From: Tubiluchus corallicola
Lineage: Eukaryota; Animalia; Priapulida
Direction: 5' to 3'
Assembly: GCA_030141605.1 (NCBI GenBank)
Contig: JAQGDQ010000330.1
Location: forward strand, 124,001 to 188,000
DNA length: 64,000 nt
Part shown: positions 36,851-63,012 of the stretch, piece by piece
How the letters are laid out: each line of letters starts with the position of its first letter
Numbering within the stretch: position 1 is the stretch's first letter
Made by a program: the position numbers and the translations under genes
The notes under the pieces: model-generated
Told to the model about the DNA's origin: nothing
Databases searched by the model: none
The model's input: the letters and a program-made list of their open reading frames with translations, nothing else

Positions 36851-36916
36851 CGTCGTCGTCGTCGTCGTTGTTGCTGCTGCTGTTGTTGTTGTTGTTGTTG
36901 TTGTGTTGTTGTTGTT

Positions 36917-36985
<69 letters not shown>

Positions 36986-37029
36986 GCTGTTACTGCTGTT
37001 GCTGCTGTTGTTGTTGTTGTTGCTGTTGT

Positions 37030-37099
<70 letters not shown>

Positions 37100-37129
37100 A
37101 CTGCTGCTGCTGCTGCTGCTGCTATTGCT

Positions 37130-37209
<80 letters not shown>

Positions 37210-37415
37210 TGTTGTTGTTGTTGTTGTTGTTGTTGTTGCTGTTGCTATTGTTATTGCTGTTGTTGTTGTTGCTGTTGCTGCTGCTGCTGCTGTTGCTACT
37301 GCTATTGTTGGTGCTGATGTTGTTGCTGTTTTTGCTGCCGCTATTGTTGATGTTGTCGTCACTGCCGCTGTCGTTGTCATCATAGTTGTTGTCACTGTTA
37401 CTGCTATTGCTGCTG
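36741..37415. repeat. Compound trinucleotide microsatellite (GTT/GCT/GTC/GTA)
   Basis: Directly visible; lies in the intron upstream of the Ly6 exon. Confidence 0.97.
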
Positions 37416-38251
37416 CACAAATGTACAACTCAAGTTGTCAGTAATATGTATCTCAGTAGTCAGAAATAAAGAAACAAATTTCAGTGAACCAAGTCTATAT
37501 TAACGGAATAGTAAAAGTTGCTCACTGGATTTCGTTGCTAGCCAGCAGGCTTAGCGTATTATAGCTCCTTTATAAACAATTCTAGACACGTACAGTATCC
37601 CCATCTAGCGGCCGTTTAATCGACCATTCAGCCGCTTGGGTGCCATAAAGTACAGGGCTCGTTTGTCATTCTTAGAACAACCAGAAGACATTTCATGTTG
37701 CCTGTTGACAAGACCGTCACAAAGCGCGTCGAAAGAAAAACGAGTTCAATGTCCCCTCTATAAGCTAATTCTTAGACCACAGCAGCTGAATGAACTGAAA
37801 TCCCAACCTTGATCTCAGGAATTAATGTCTTTTGAACCTCCCCATTCAAGAACTGTTGCCTTTTACCTGTATTTCATTATTTTCCTGTTTTGAACGTTGT
37901 GTGCTACTGATTGTAGCAATGAGGGCTTTTACAAACACTGAATATGTAATATGCCCTTCTATATAAATAAATGATAATTCTGCTTCTGTTAAAAAACTCG
38001 AAACAAAGAAAATACTAATTCATAAGGCATGATGCAGACAAGAGCCAATAATGAGCAGCCAATTTTGTCTTTCGTTTTTCCTCCTTGTCAGCTGTTAACA
38101 AAACTGTAAAGTATGTTTAATGTAAACGCCTTTATAATCTGTCTAATGTAATGTACTCTTTAATGTCAAATTTTTACATATCAACACATTTGCAACGTAC
38201 TATTAGCTGTTAAATACGTTACTGAGACAATATATAATTGTACTTTTATTT

Positions 38252-38373
38252 ATTTGATACTATCTATCTCAGAAAGTTGCAAGCTAGTGTATTTGATACT
38301 ATTCATCTCAGAAAGTTGCAAGCTAGTGTATTTGATACTGTCTATCTCAGAAAGTTGCAAGCTAGTGTATTTG
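38252..38373. repeat. 39-bp tandem repeat, 3 copies, abutting a MITE fragment
   Basis: ATTTGATACTATCTATCTCAGAAAGTTGCAAGCTAGTGT x3. Confidence 0.9.
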
Positions 38374-39673
38374 GTCATCGAGGGAATTTAAATTTACTTT
38401 TTTATACAGCGACGCTGCCCTTGCACGCAAAAAGGCAGTACGTGAGTGGTATAAAATTTCAAGACGATTTTTAAGCTTTATATAAGCGAAGGGTTTTCTT
38501 GTGCTTTAAGCCTACTGCAATAGTACGAAATAATGTTTTCTATGAATTGAAGAAAACTGGCACCCCGTAATCTTATATATATATTATTATATAAATAAAT
38601 AAATAAATATATATATATATATATATATAATAAATTTTTTTATATAGCATATATGTTAAAAAATATATTATATTTTTATATATTATATTATATAATTATT
38701 TTTATTTATTTATTTATTTATTTTGGAGCGTAGCATTTTTTCCTGTTTTTTATTAAAAAATCTTATGCCAAGAGTTGGATTATCCTACTAGGCTAGTATA
38801 GGATGCAGCCTAGGACCCCTCAAGTTTTTCTTGCCCTTCAAGCTTTGGTACTATTTTGGCAAAAAATCTGTTTTTTTAACTACGGTTGTGTTGAAATATG
38901 TGCTAAATTTGCGACAAATAGTAAAATAGCAACATTTCTTAAAGAATGGTTTTATTGACAAACAAAAGATAGTTATTCTAGTTTATTTTAAGATTTTTCG
39001 ATAAGTTTCCTTCAGTCTACATAAATGTTGCTCAAACATATCACGAGTAAAAAATATTCAAGGCGGGTGTGGACGAGCTCAATGGTGGTTCCATCTAGGG
39101 GGTGCATAATTTCATTAGCCTAGATCACCAAAACGTCGTAATCAGCCTCTGCTAATGCCCTTCCTTCTTGTGACGTATTTACCGTGTAATTGTGTATTTT
39201 TCATGGTTTTCTACGCTGTTTTTAACGAGAGCTGTTTTATATTTATGATAACAGATGAATACAGACCTATGACAAAGGAAAAGGTAGCAATACGGACTAC
39301 AATTTGTCTAGTCCAATATTAAATCCATGTTAAAAACCTATAGATCTATACGTAAGTGCTTTCAGTGATGTGACGAAGAGATCTCATTTCAAACATTTCT
39401 ATACGCGCAATAAAATAATCGAACACAAAGTAGTATGAACGATGTACAACGTCCTTCAAACACCCTTGGCTTGATTTATTACAATGTTTGTAAACGTGTG
39501 CAACAAACTGTATAGCTATTCTGCTTACAAGCCGCACACTTATAAATTAAACACTTTGCGACTTTAATTTGGCACCAAAGGGATTTATTGTGCTGAATAT
39601 AGTAGCCAGTTTTTAGTATTTTCTTAGACCAAATTCTAATTCTGTTACATCAAATCACATCAAATTCGGTTAC

Positions 39674-39929
39674 AACGTTTGAAGAAGCCCAGCAGCAATA
39701 GAAAGGCAGTATACTGTGCGCCTCTAAACTGCAAAATACTGATAATAGATGGAAACAAGATGGAAGAATCAATGAAGATGGAAACAACTATTTTACTTTA
39801 GTAATTGTTAACTTATATCTATATTTCATATTGTTACAAAGACGGGTTTTGACTAACCCCCTAATGTTAGTAATGGGTATAGTCGAGAAGCCCAGTAATG
39901 CAAATGTACCTGTATAAAACAGAATGCAT
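39674..39929 (-). CDS. Candidate signal-peptide exons of the Ly6/uPAR gene
   Basis: 39929-39910 (ATGCATTCTGTTTTATACAG|gt) plus 39723-39674 give MHSVLYRGAQYTAFLLLLGFFKR, ending in phase 1 and so compatible with exon 36674. Splice sites are plausible but not unique. Confidence 0.45.
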
Positions 39930-40160
39930 GCCGTAATTTGACGATTCCAACCTGGCCTTTCTGTCTGTAAGGGGGAATGTTGTATGTTTGCTGATTTTTA
40001 TACAAAAGTCTGTTCACATGTAATGGAGCTACTGGTTGTGCATTAAAGTTTATTTTACATTCGTATTTTACTTTTCTCGTCTGCCGCTCTATACATTCTG
40101 AGGAGACGGACCGGTGCCTGGAAAGGACCCGAATCCATTACAATATCTATATGTAAATTC

Positions 40161-40196
<36 letters not shown>

Positions 40197-40327
40197 TAAT
40201 GATTCTATGTATTTATTTTATGTAAATATTTGTATATGCGTACAATTTTAAATTTTAAATAAAGTATTATAATAATAAATAATATATATATTATACAAAA
40301 TGTAACATAATATTCTATTATGGCATA

Positions 40328-40428
40328 TTTTATTTCCAGATAAAAACTCACAGAACACACATTATATATATATATATATATGTGTATGTATTATGTGTGT
40401 TCTATGAACTTTTATCTGGAAATAAAAT
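40328..40428. repeat. Palindrome with a (TA)n loop, MITE-like
   Basis: TTTTATTTCCAGATAAAAACTCACAGAACACACAT ... ATGTGTGTTCTATGAACTTTTATCTGGAAATAAAA. Confidence 0.7.
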
Positions 40429-40879
40429 TAAATTTTTTTAATTATTTGCTTATTTAATTTAGTTTAGTAAATATTTTATTTAGTTCCATAAACATGATTG
40501 GTTTATGGTTGCTTACTTAGGATTTAATAGCATTGAATGAGTAAGTATATTAGCCAACGAATGAATGAAGGAAGAAACGGGCAACCAGTCAATCGAACTG
40601 ACGAAACAGTAAGAGAATCAGTCAACCAATCCACATGATATGCGACTTAACTGGCCAATTATCCTACCAATAAACCAACTAAGAAACGAAAGACAAAATG
40701 AGACCCAGAAGCAATATATTAAATCTAGAAGAAATCTAAGGATTAAATCTAGATATTAAATGAAGGCCTCTTAGATCTCAAGACTGTTTATAGCAGAGAG
40801 GATGTTTATTTATTTATATTTTATTTATTTATATTTACATTAATAAAATGTACATATCATATCATATACGGTGTTTCGA

Positions 40880-41995
40880 AAATCGTATCGTGTTATGTCC
40901 TATCGTATCATTTTGCATCTTGCGTGTCATGTCGTGTCGTTTCCTGTATCGTGCCGAACCGTATCGCACCGCACTGTACCGTATGGATCATACCGTATCG
41001 TATTTTATCGTATCGTATCGTATCGCATCGCATCGTATCGTATCGCATCGTATCGCATCGCATCGCATCGCATCGAATCGTATCGCATCGCTTCGTATCG
41101 CATCGCATCGCATCTTATCGTATCGTATCGTATCGCATCGCATCGCATCGCATCGTATCGTATCGTATCGTATTGTATCGTAGCGCATCGCATCGCATCG
41201 CATCGCATCGCATCGCATCGCATCGCATCGCATCGCATCGTATCGGTTTGTATCGCATCGAATCGTATTGCATCGCATCGCTTCGCATCGTAATCGTATC
41301 GTATCGTATCGCATCGTATCGCATCGTATCGGTTCGTATCGCATCACATCACATCGCATCGCACCACATTGCATCGTATCGTATCGCATCGCATCGCATC
41401 GCATCGAATCGTATCGCATCGCTTCGCATTGTAATCGCATCGTATCGTATCGGTTCGTATCGCATCGAATCGTATCGCATCGTAATCGTATCGCATCTTA
41501 TCGCATCGCATCGTATCGTATCGTATTGTATCGCATCGCATCGCATCGCATCGTATCGTATCGTATCGTATCGTATCGTATCGTATCGCATCGCATCGCA
41601 TCGCATCGCATCGCAATCGTATCACATCGTATCGTATCGTATCGCATCGCATCGCATCGCATCGTATCGTATCGTATCATATCGGTTCGTATCGTATCGT
41701 ATCATATCGATTCGTATCGCATCGCATCTTATCGTATCGTATCGTATCGTATCGTATCGTATCGTATCGCATCGCATCGCATCGTGTCGTGTCGCGTCGC
41801 ATCGCATCGTATCGTATCGTATCGTATCGCATCGCATCGCATCGCATCGCATCGCAATCGTATCGTATCGTGTCGCATCGCATCGCATCGCGTCGTGTCG
41901 CATCGCATCGCATCGTATCGTATCGTATCGTATCGTATCGTATCGCATCGCATCGCATCGCAATCGTATCGTATCGTATCGTGTCGTATTATATC
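40880..41995. repeat. Pentanucleotide satellite (ATCGC/ATCGT)n, ~1.1 kb
   Basis: Directly visible; source of the RIASH/RCDAM/YDTIR pseudo-ORFs. Confidence 0.97.
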
Positions 41996-42329
41996 ATACA
42001 AATTAGGTCCTGTGCTAGGCATCTCTCTTTGTTGACTGATCAATAAAAGCAACGACATCTATCCAACACATTAAAATCTAATTATTGGTGGCGCTGTAGC
42101 CTTGGTGCTGTATGAGTAATTCAGCCAAGTGTCATCAAGTTTGCTTCTCAAAGAAGTTACTGAGCTTCCAGTAACCACGCTGTCCCAATGATTACTTTGA
42201 ACAACGCAGAATAACGAGTTTTTCCTCTAAATTTTATTTTTTGATGAAGCGCCATATTGTCAAATACAGGAGGCGTAGAATCTACCTGATATTAGAACAT
42301 TAGAAGCAAATTATGCAAAGCTGACATTT

Positions 42330-42995
42330 CACAGGGTGGTATTACAATATCAGGACCATACACCACCAATATTTAAAAGACTAAACTTTCCAAACATTTA
42401 TGACAATAATAAGTTCCAAACTGCCATTTTCATGTACAAATTCTCTCATAAATTATTGCCTCCCTTATTTTACTGATTATTTTTGTTTGAATGCTGAGAT
42501 ACATAATTACGGCACACGTTATAGACTTAACTATCGCTACATACAGTGCAACACAAATGTTAGAAAAATTTTCTATTAAATACAATGGCCCTTACATATG
42601 GAATTCAATTGCTCCAGCTATTAAAAATGCCAACTCGCTGTCCATATTTAAAAAAAATTATAAATTAAATTTACTTGAAACATATAGCTGATCACTCAAT
42701 CATGATTTGTTGTTTTTCATTCTCAAAAACTTCCCCTCTAGTATAATAATATTTTTATTACTTCCCACCAGTATTTATATTTGTAAATATTGTAATATTG
42801 TATCTGTATATATTGTAATTTTTTCGTACCTAATTCTAGTGGCCTACCATAAGTTAGCTTCTTAGGTCTCTAGCGCAGAATTCATGAATTGTATCATATT
42901 TTTGTATTAACAAAAACTGATTATCGATGCACATGTAATGTATATGTATATGTTTATTGCGAAATAAATCTATAATAAATCAAAAATCAATCAAA
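42330..42995 (+). mobile_element. 5'-truncated CR1/L2 LINE 3' fragment
   Basis: Frameshifted ORF2 C-terminus (HTPPIFKRLNF...FMYK; FSIKYNGPYIWNSI...SLSIFKK), an AT-rich 3' UTR, AAATAAA and an (AATC) tail. Confidence 0.75.
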
Positions 42996-43349
42996 CAATG
43001 CATTAGCTTTCGGTCCGTAGATGTTATGCGTTCATAGCTTTAGTGGTTTTAAAGTTGTGAACGAAAATACTTCTTTTGCTTGCTAAAAATTAAATGATGG
43101 AACAATGTCAGCTACAATCATCAACATAAAAAACAGTCATGTTGAACGTACAAAGTGTTCGATACATAGCAACAAAAAAAATAAAAAATAAATAAAAGAA
43201 AAATAAAAAAATCAACATGGCCACAGAAAATAATGCACTGATAAAAATGTATTATCAAGAGAAAAGTGTTATATTAACCTCAGGAGTCAGGATAATAGTA
43301 GTGGAACTGCATTAAAGACACACTTTACGGTGTCCGTTTGATTCAGAGG

Positions 43350-45101
43350 CATGGGCAGATTAAGGGGTAGGCCCAGGGGCGTAGCCAGGATCTAAAGTTA
43401 GGGGGAGCAAGCACATAAAAAGGTGCCGTGACACATTTTTATGCATTTGATTTTTCATTTCAGTTTTGTGTTTAAAATCGAGACACAAGGAAGGTACCGT
43501 TTTAAAGGAAGTACACAATTGTTATTTTTTATTTAAAATTTAAACAAAAACACGAGAGGCAGGTTGTTCAAATAGATTAGAGGTTCCGGAAAAGTCTTCC
43601 AATGCCATGCGATTAAAAAACAAACAAAAAAGATTCAAATTTTATCGCACAAGTCAACTACAGAGTTAAAAACTGTCGTAAAGGCGCCAATTTTGAAAAA
43701 ATAGTATGTTTCGTTCAATGTTTTAAAAAGTAGATTGTTCTGACCTACAGATTAAGATTGGGTCCAGTTTTGCTTTAGGGAATTGAAAAACCTATTATCA
43801 GCTGTTTGAAACACCTTCGTCTGAATTTTAAACTGAAATCAGCAGACACAGTGAACACTTGCTGTAAATTAATAGTGACGTACGAACTGTTTCTTACGTG
43901 ATATCTTGCAGTCAAGAATTCCTATCTCTGCGCCGGGTTCAAATTCCTATCTTTGAACAACGAAGATTATTTTACACTCACTGAAGTTTAACTAATTTAG
44001 ATAAAATAGACAATAATATTGCTGAGTTTTGTTCTGCCCGGTTTAGTGTTGATTTTAAAAAAGTTCATAGACCTTCATGAAGTCCAAGGTAATTAGAATG
44101 AATGTTCGCCGGGACAAATGACTTTCACTGTCAGTAATGTGACTTGTCAAACATGTAAGTGTAAAATCTTAATCATGCACATTAGTTACATAATGTAGGT
44201 AGTCAGGGTCATTCACCGCTTGCATTGTATAATTATAATTATCTTAAGACCAGTGGCGGCTCGTGCATAGGTACTGTGGAATAGCAGCACCCCCTGTTTT
44301 CTCTCGATATTATCGATAATATTCAATATAATAAGTCCTTTGGTTTAGTTCTTTCTTTACACTTTTACGAAACCAGAGTACGTGAGGGTAATACTGTTTG
44401 CTTCACAGCCTAGAACAGTGCACACCAGCAATGCAGTGTTTGGCTGTTGTGCGCATGCGGCCATGTGCACATGTCTGAGCCCAGGTAGAGAACCTACTGT
44501 CTTTCATACAGTTTTTTGTCAGAAATTCTAAAATATGAATGGTTCACGCAGTAAAATTAAGAAACTAACTTCGGTTCTCGAGTCGGCCTACAGCAAAACT
44601 TGGCTAACATGGAGAAATTCGTGAATAGCATGTAACCATGTGGCGGAGTAATCCTAGAGTTACTGAAAATTTGACAGAAATGAATGAATTGTGAAGACAA
44701 GTCGAGATGGCAGCGCAAAAATCGGAATTACGCGGATAATAGTCGCACGCGGCAAACGACACGCTTCTTTCTGTGATCGGAGTGCACAATTATTTATGGT
44801 GTATCAGATGTACCCAGCAGGCTTAGCACGTGTTTTAGGCACAATTCTTTATAAGTATGATGGCTGCACAACTGTTTGTGGCGTAGTACCTGTCACGTAT
44901 CATTGTACAAGTTTGGTACTTGCTGCTTTTATAAGGCAGACTCAGTAACTGCTTGTGGTGTGTTATAAAATACGCCCTTTATATCAATATGGATACGCAT
45001 TTCCGAGGAGAATAAGAGCTTTTAAAAACTGGATCCCAAAAATCTGGCGGCTCTGAACATATCTCGGTGCCCTAGGCTAAAGCCTGGTTAATATGCCCCT
45101 G
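43350..45101. mobile_element. Cluster of nested hAT-like non-autonomous elements
   Basis: Imperfect TIR pair CATGGGCAGATTAA (43350) / TTAATATGCCCCTG (45101). Internal ends CAGGGGCGTAGCCAGG (43375) and CAGTGGCGGCTCGT (44251, same family as 47600). No TSDs seen. Confidence 0.45.
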
Positions 45102-45907
45102 CTCATACAACCGTATAGGTAACATAAGTAAACATTTTACCGGATACGTGACATGGCTTACAAAATTATTGCTTTAGTGGTTTGATCTGATTTTTATTAG
45201 ATAAACTGTTGTACTATAGCGTTTGTATGAGACAGTGAATTGCATAAGCGAGTTTATAATCTGTGTGTGGCAAATTTGAAAAAAACAGCGTTTACCCGGC
45301 GCGCATTCGAGGAAAAATCTGTGTCATGCGCGTTTTCATGCATAGATTTTGTACCGTGTGCGACGGGTACAAGAAAATTATCTATCACATATCATACATC
45401 TCTTTTCTATCACGTATCTTTCTGAACTCTTCAATCTCTTCTACTCATTTACCCACAAAATAATCGGTGGTTTCGCAGACAGATCGGTCAACTTTCTACA
45501 GACACAACGCAACTAGTAGATTTTATTGGATGAACTCCACATTTAATCAAAGTAATAGAGACAATGCAATGAAACACTTTACAAGCATGACTGCACCTAA
45601 AATCTGAATTCTCTCCCTGTAGCTATAAAACAAGTTCACTCAATTTATAAATTTGAGAAAGAAATGAAAAATTGTTTGTCCACTAACTATTGACTATCTG
45701 TGTTTTTTGTTCATTCTGTTAATATATAATATACGTATATAATGTATATCTTTGTCAACTGTCACGTGTTCGGCATTGTCTTCTTTTATGTGTGTTTTCA
45801 TAAGTAGTTGTGTAATGCATCATTTACTATGTACATATAAATAATGTAAAGTACATAGCTTACGTGTTTTGACAAGCAGTGTATAATGCATAACATATGT
45901 ATTATGC

Positions 45908-45918
45908 GTGTATGTAAG

Positions 45919-46000
<82 letters not shown>

Positions 46001-46090
46001 TGCGTGCGTGCGTGCGTGTACGTGCATACGTGCGCGCGTGCGTGCGTGTGTGAGTGCGTGCGTGCATGTGTGCGTGCGTGCGTGCGTGTG

Positions 46091-46165
<75 letters not shown>
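45908..46165. repeat. (TG)n/(TGCG)n microsatellite
   Basis: Directly visible. Confidence 0.97.
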
Positions 46166-46166
<1 letters not shown>

Positions 46167-46789
46167 ATAATATATGTATAATCTATATACAAATAATATA
46201 ACGTATTTCAGCTCACGAGGTTTCTCGTATAATTATAATGTACACATTATGTTACTTACCTACCTTGACTAACCTGCACTTCTAATCGCATTCTTCTCTA
46301 TACACACCCTAATTTTAAACCCTGCCTTGTTTTGCTTAACCCTTTCTCACTATCAATGTTGTGCTTACAAGATTTTCTTTCAACAAACATTGAAGTATTT
46401 TATTGTAAGCAATTAGTTTTTTGACACGTCATTTTGTAATTATTGTTTTACATCCTTTAATCTACATTGCGTTTTGTGAGAAATAAATTTAAATAATTAA
46501 ATAAATAAACTATAAACCAACAAATTAAAATTTTTTGAATCAATCTCGATGAAATGTAAATGTAAATGCTTTTGTGTGACAAATTTTGCAGGATTTTTAA
46601 CTTGGGAATTACTTGAAATTACTAGACGGTTATAATGGTTACGTTAATATAGCGTTTTGCTCATGTCAAATGTTACGGTGAAAAGACAGTTCTGTTTAAC
46701 CTTTCTTGTCATTTTAAATTACGGAAGCCTTAGCAATTGCAAGTATTGGGGCGAGATTGCAGAATCTTAACTGTCAAATATAATGTAAT

Positions 46790-46995
46790 TGTCGTCATCA
46801 TCGTCGTCATCATCATTATCGTCGTCGTCGTCAACATCATCATCATTGTCGTCGTCATCGTCATCGTCATTATCATCATCATCAATAATAATAATAATAA
46901 TGATAATGATGATGATAATGATAACAATAACGATAACGATAACGATAACGATAACGATAACGATAACGATAACGATAACGATAACGATAACAATG

Positions 46996-47089
<94 letters not shown>

Positions 47090-47160
47090 CAACAACAACA
47101 ACAACAATAATAATAATAATAGTAAGAAGAAGAAGAAGAAGAATAGTAATAATAATAAAT
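46790..47160. repeat. Compound trinucleotide microsatellite (GTC/ATC/AAT/GATAAC/AAG)
   Basis: Directly visible. Confidence 0.97.
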
Positions 47161-47599
47161 ACAGCAAACTCCATCAACTTGTATAGATTGAAGTAGGCCC
47201 GTTGACACTGACACTGAAACAGTTTTACGAAGGGTTATTGTTATCGGTATTGTCATCACAGTATTTCTATGTATTATGTATGCCTGCAGTCTGTTAATCA
47301 ATATTCTACGATAAGTGGTACATGAAGTTATAGGCACTCATAGTCTTTCTAGTGGATGTATTAATTACGTCTGTAATTGTACTGTGACTATCTTTTTGCT
47401 TTTTTTTCTAAACCTACGTTTTACCAACTTTATTTGTTTGTGTGAGTATGAAAAACATTTTCTTATAATGATTTCTATCTTAGACGGTGTTAAAAAGTAT
47501 TAAAGCTACACTGTATTTTATTCACAGCAATAATATTTTGTACTAGGTGCTATTGTATTACGCTATTTCAGCTGCACGAACTTTACACTTTTTGTGACC

Positions 47600-48093
47600 C
47601 AGTGGCGGCTCGTGTATAAGTACTGTGGAATTGCAGCACCCTCCATTTTTAATCAATATTTCGATAATATTCAATATCATAAGTTTTTCTAGTTCTTTCT
47701 TTACACTTGTGTCGAACCAGAGCGCATGAGGTAGTACTGTTTGCTTCACAACCCAGCAGAGACAGCTCCAGCAACGTGGTGTTTAGCTGTTGTACGCATG
47801 CGGCCATGCGCACATGTCTGAGTGCAGGTAGAGAAAGTACTGTCGCTCACACAGTTTGTAGTCAGCTGCCACGTGCTTACTGTGAATAGATCAAGCTTGA
47901 ACTAGGACAATTTAGGCTATTAGTGAGCAAAAAACATTTTTTGTTTAGGATTTTATCAAGTTTATGTATAAACTTTAATATTTTTGTTTGTTTAAAATTA
48001 CATAAGTTTGTTTCGTTTTACACAGTATTAAAACAATGGCTAAAACTTTTCTGAAGCAGCACTCCCACTAATTGTAACTACGAGCCGCCACTG
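47600..48093. mobile_element. hAT-like MITE
   Basis: Perfect 14-bp TIR CAGTGGCGGCTCGT / ACGAGCCGCCACTG. The first ~260 bp are homologous to 44251-44515. No 8-bp TSD evident. Confidence 0.75.
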
Positions 48094-49226
48094 TTATTGT
48101 CTGATAACTTACATATTACACATTACAGAATTATTCATATTAATCGGAAGAACCGATAATAATAAGCAATTAATGCATTTTAGTGTGCAAAGCAGTGCAT
48201 TATACGAATCAGCATAGCACAGCACTACATTACGATGCACTGTGCTGCACTTCGTGGCATGATACGAGCTAGCGTAACACAGCACAACACTGCACTGTGT
48301 TGAGCACCAATGTCAGCGTAACTCAGCAATGCACTGTTCTGCACTGTACGCTGTAGCAGCTCTTAACAACAGTTTGCTTGTCACAGCATTACACGGTACT
48401 GAGAAGTAATGCATGATAAAGTCTGCATTGCAATGCATTGCACTGTACTGAACTTTAGAGCAACATACTATTCAGCATGATGAGGCACTGCACTCTCTTG
48501 CGCAACATGCCATACTGCACTGCACTACCACGCAAGGTACAATGCAGCTTTTACCACATTTCCAGGAAAATTTTCTTTTAGCAGTACCCCCGTTGCTTGG
48601 CGATATTTTCAAACAGAATTTCAGCCGATATACTATCGCATACTTACCGCTAAAGACGTCTTGCCCAAGGGTGTAAGCTATTGCCCGGGTAGAAACTTTT
48701 GAATGGTACATTATCAATTTTTATGACATCAATCAGTACTCGCTAAACTGCTTGCTGTAGAGCTGTGCATAAATTTGTAAAACCTGAATTACTACAAGTA
48801 AACTAGTACACCTGTTGCGTATTTAGTGTGTTCTACAGTACTGGAACTCTCGCTTTGCCGGGTTTATTTACAAAACTTTCTTTTATGTATTTGAAGGTTA
48901 GTATGAAGACAGTTTGTGTGATCTATTCTTGAAACTACAGAAGAGACGTGTGCTTATCAAGCGAGTCTATAAAAATAAAAAATCGGTCACCTTTTTGTGT
49001 GTTTACGTATATCTAGGATAGGAACAGTGAGCATTTGGCATACAGATTTCTAACGAGGTAGCAACAGTAACTTAGATCTTGGATTATAAAGCTATACAAA
49101 CTTAGTACTAGCGAAGCAATTTCAGGTGAAGGCGACAGAAATACATGCAAATATTTTGGGTTTGGAATTCTACGAATAAAGCTTCAGTTACTGCCAGAAA
49201 GATTATAATCGTTGAACACAGTTGTG

Positions 49227-62073
<12,847 letters not shown>

Positions 62074-62254
62074 GTTTACCTTCCTGACAGAAAGACGAAA
62101 TAAAATTATTATTCTTGATTTAATATCGTAACACTTGAACATTTGTTAAAACTAATGAGTTTCATGAGTTGCAGTTTGTGAGTCTATCATTTCAACTACA
62201 ATTAGCACTACTTCTCAGTCAACTTGTCTCAACTTTTGAACCTCAGTCATAACT

Positions 62255-63012
62255 TACGATAATACGTGTGAAGACGGGAAAGTAAGCTGTTTGGTGTTAC
62301 AAGAATACGTGTGAATACGTGAATAGAAGTTGTTTAAAGTTACATTAACACTGGTGAAAACCTGAAAAAAGAAGTTGTTTATAGTTACATGAATACGTGT
62401 GAATACGTGAAAGAAGTTGCTTGGCGTTATATGAATACGTGAATAGAAGTTGTTTAAAGTTACATGAATACGTGTGAATACGTGAAAGAAGTTGTTTAAA
62501 GTTACATGAATACGTAAAAGAAGTTGTTTAAAGTTACATGAATACGTGTGAATACGTGAAAGAAGTTGTTTAAAGTTACATGAATACGTAAAAGAAGTTG
62601 TTTAAAGTTACATGAATACGTGTGAATACGCGAAAGAAGTTGTTTAAAGTTACATGAATACGTGAAAGAAGTTGTTTAAAGTTACATGAATACGTGTGAA
62701 TACGCGAAAGAAGTTGTTTAAAGTTACATGAATACGTGAAAGAAGTTGTTTAAAGTTACATGAATACGTGTGAATACGCGAAAGAAGTTGTTTAAAGTTA
62801 CATGAATACGTAAAAGAAGTTGTTTAAAGTTACATGAATACGTGTGAATACGTGAAAGAAGTTGTTTAAAGTTACATGAATACGTAAAAGAAGTTGTTTA
62901 AAGTTACATGAATACGTGTGAATACGCGAAAGAAGTTGCTTAAAGTTACATGAATACGTGAAAGAAGTTGTTTAAAGTTACATGAATACGTGTGAATACG
63001 TGAAAAGAAGTT
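62255..63012. repeat. Tandem repeat alternating 42-bp and 32-bp monomers (74-bp higher-order unit)
   Basis: AAGAAGTTGTTTAAAGTTACATGAATACGT[GTGAATACGY](G/A)A. TACATG recurs at 62461, 62503, 62535, 62577 and 62609 (42, 32, 42, 32). Confidence 0.93.

Noticed and set aside
36608-37428. Poly-N/Y/T/Q/L/C ORFs
   Set aside because: Microsatellite translations. Only the embedded Ly6 exon frame is supported.
40848-42058. Up to 360-aa RIASH/RIVSY/RCDAM repeat ORFs
   Set aside because: A stop-free pentamer satellite is open in most frames on both strands, which is not evidence of coding.
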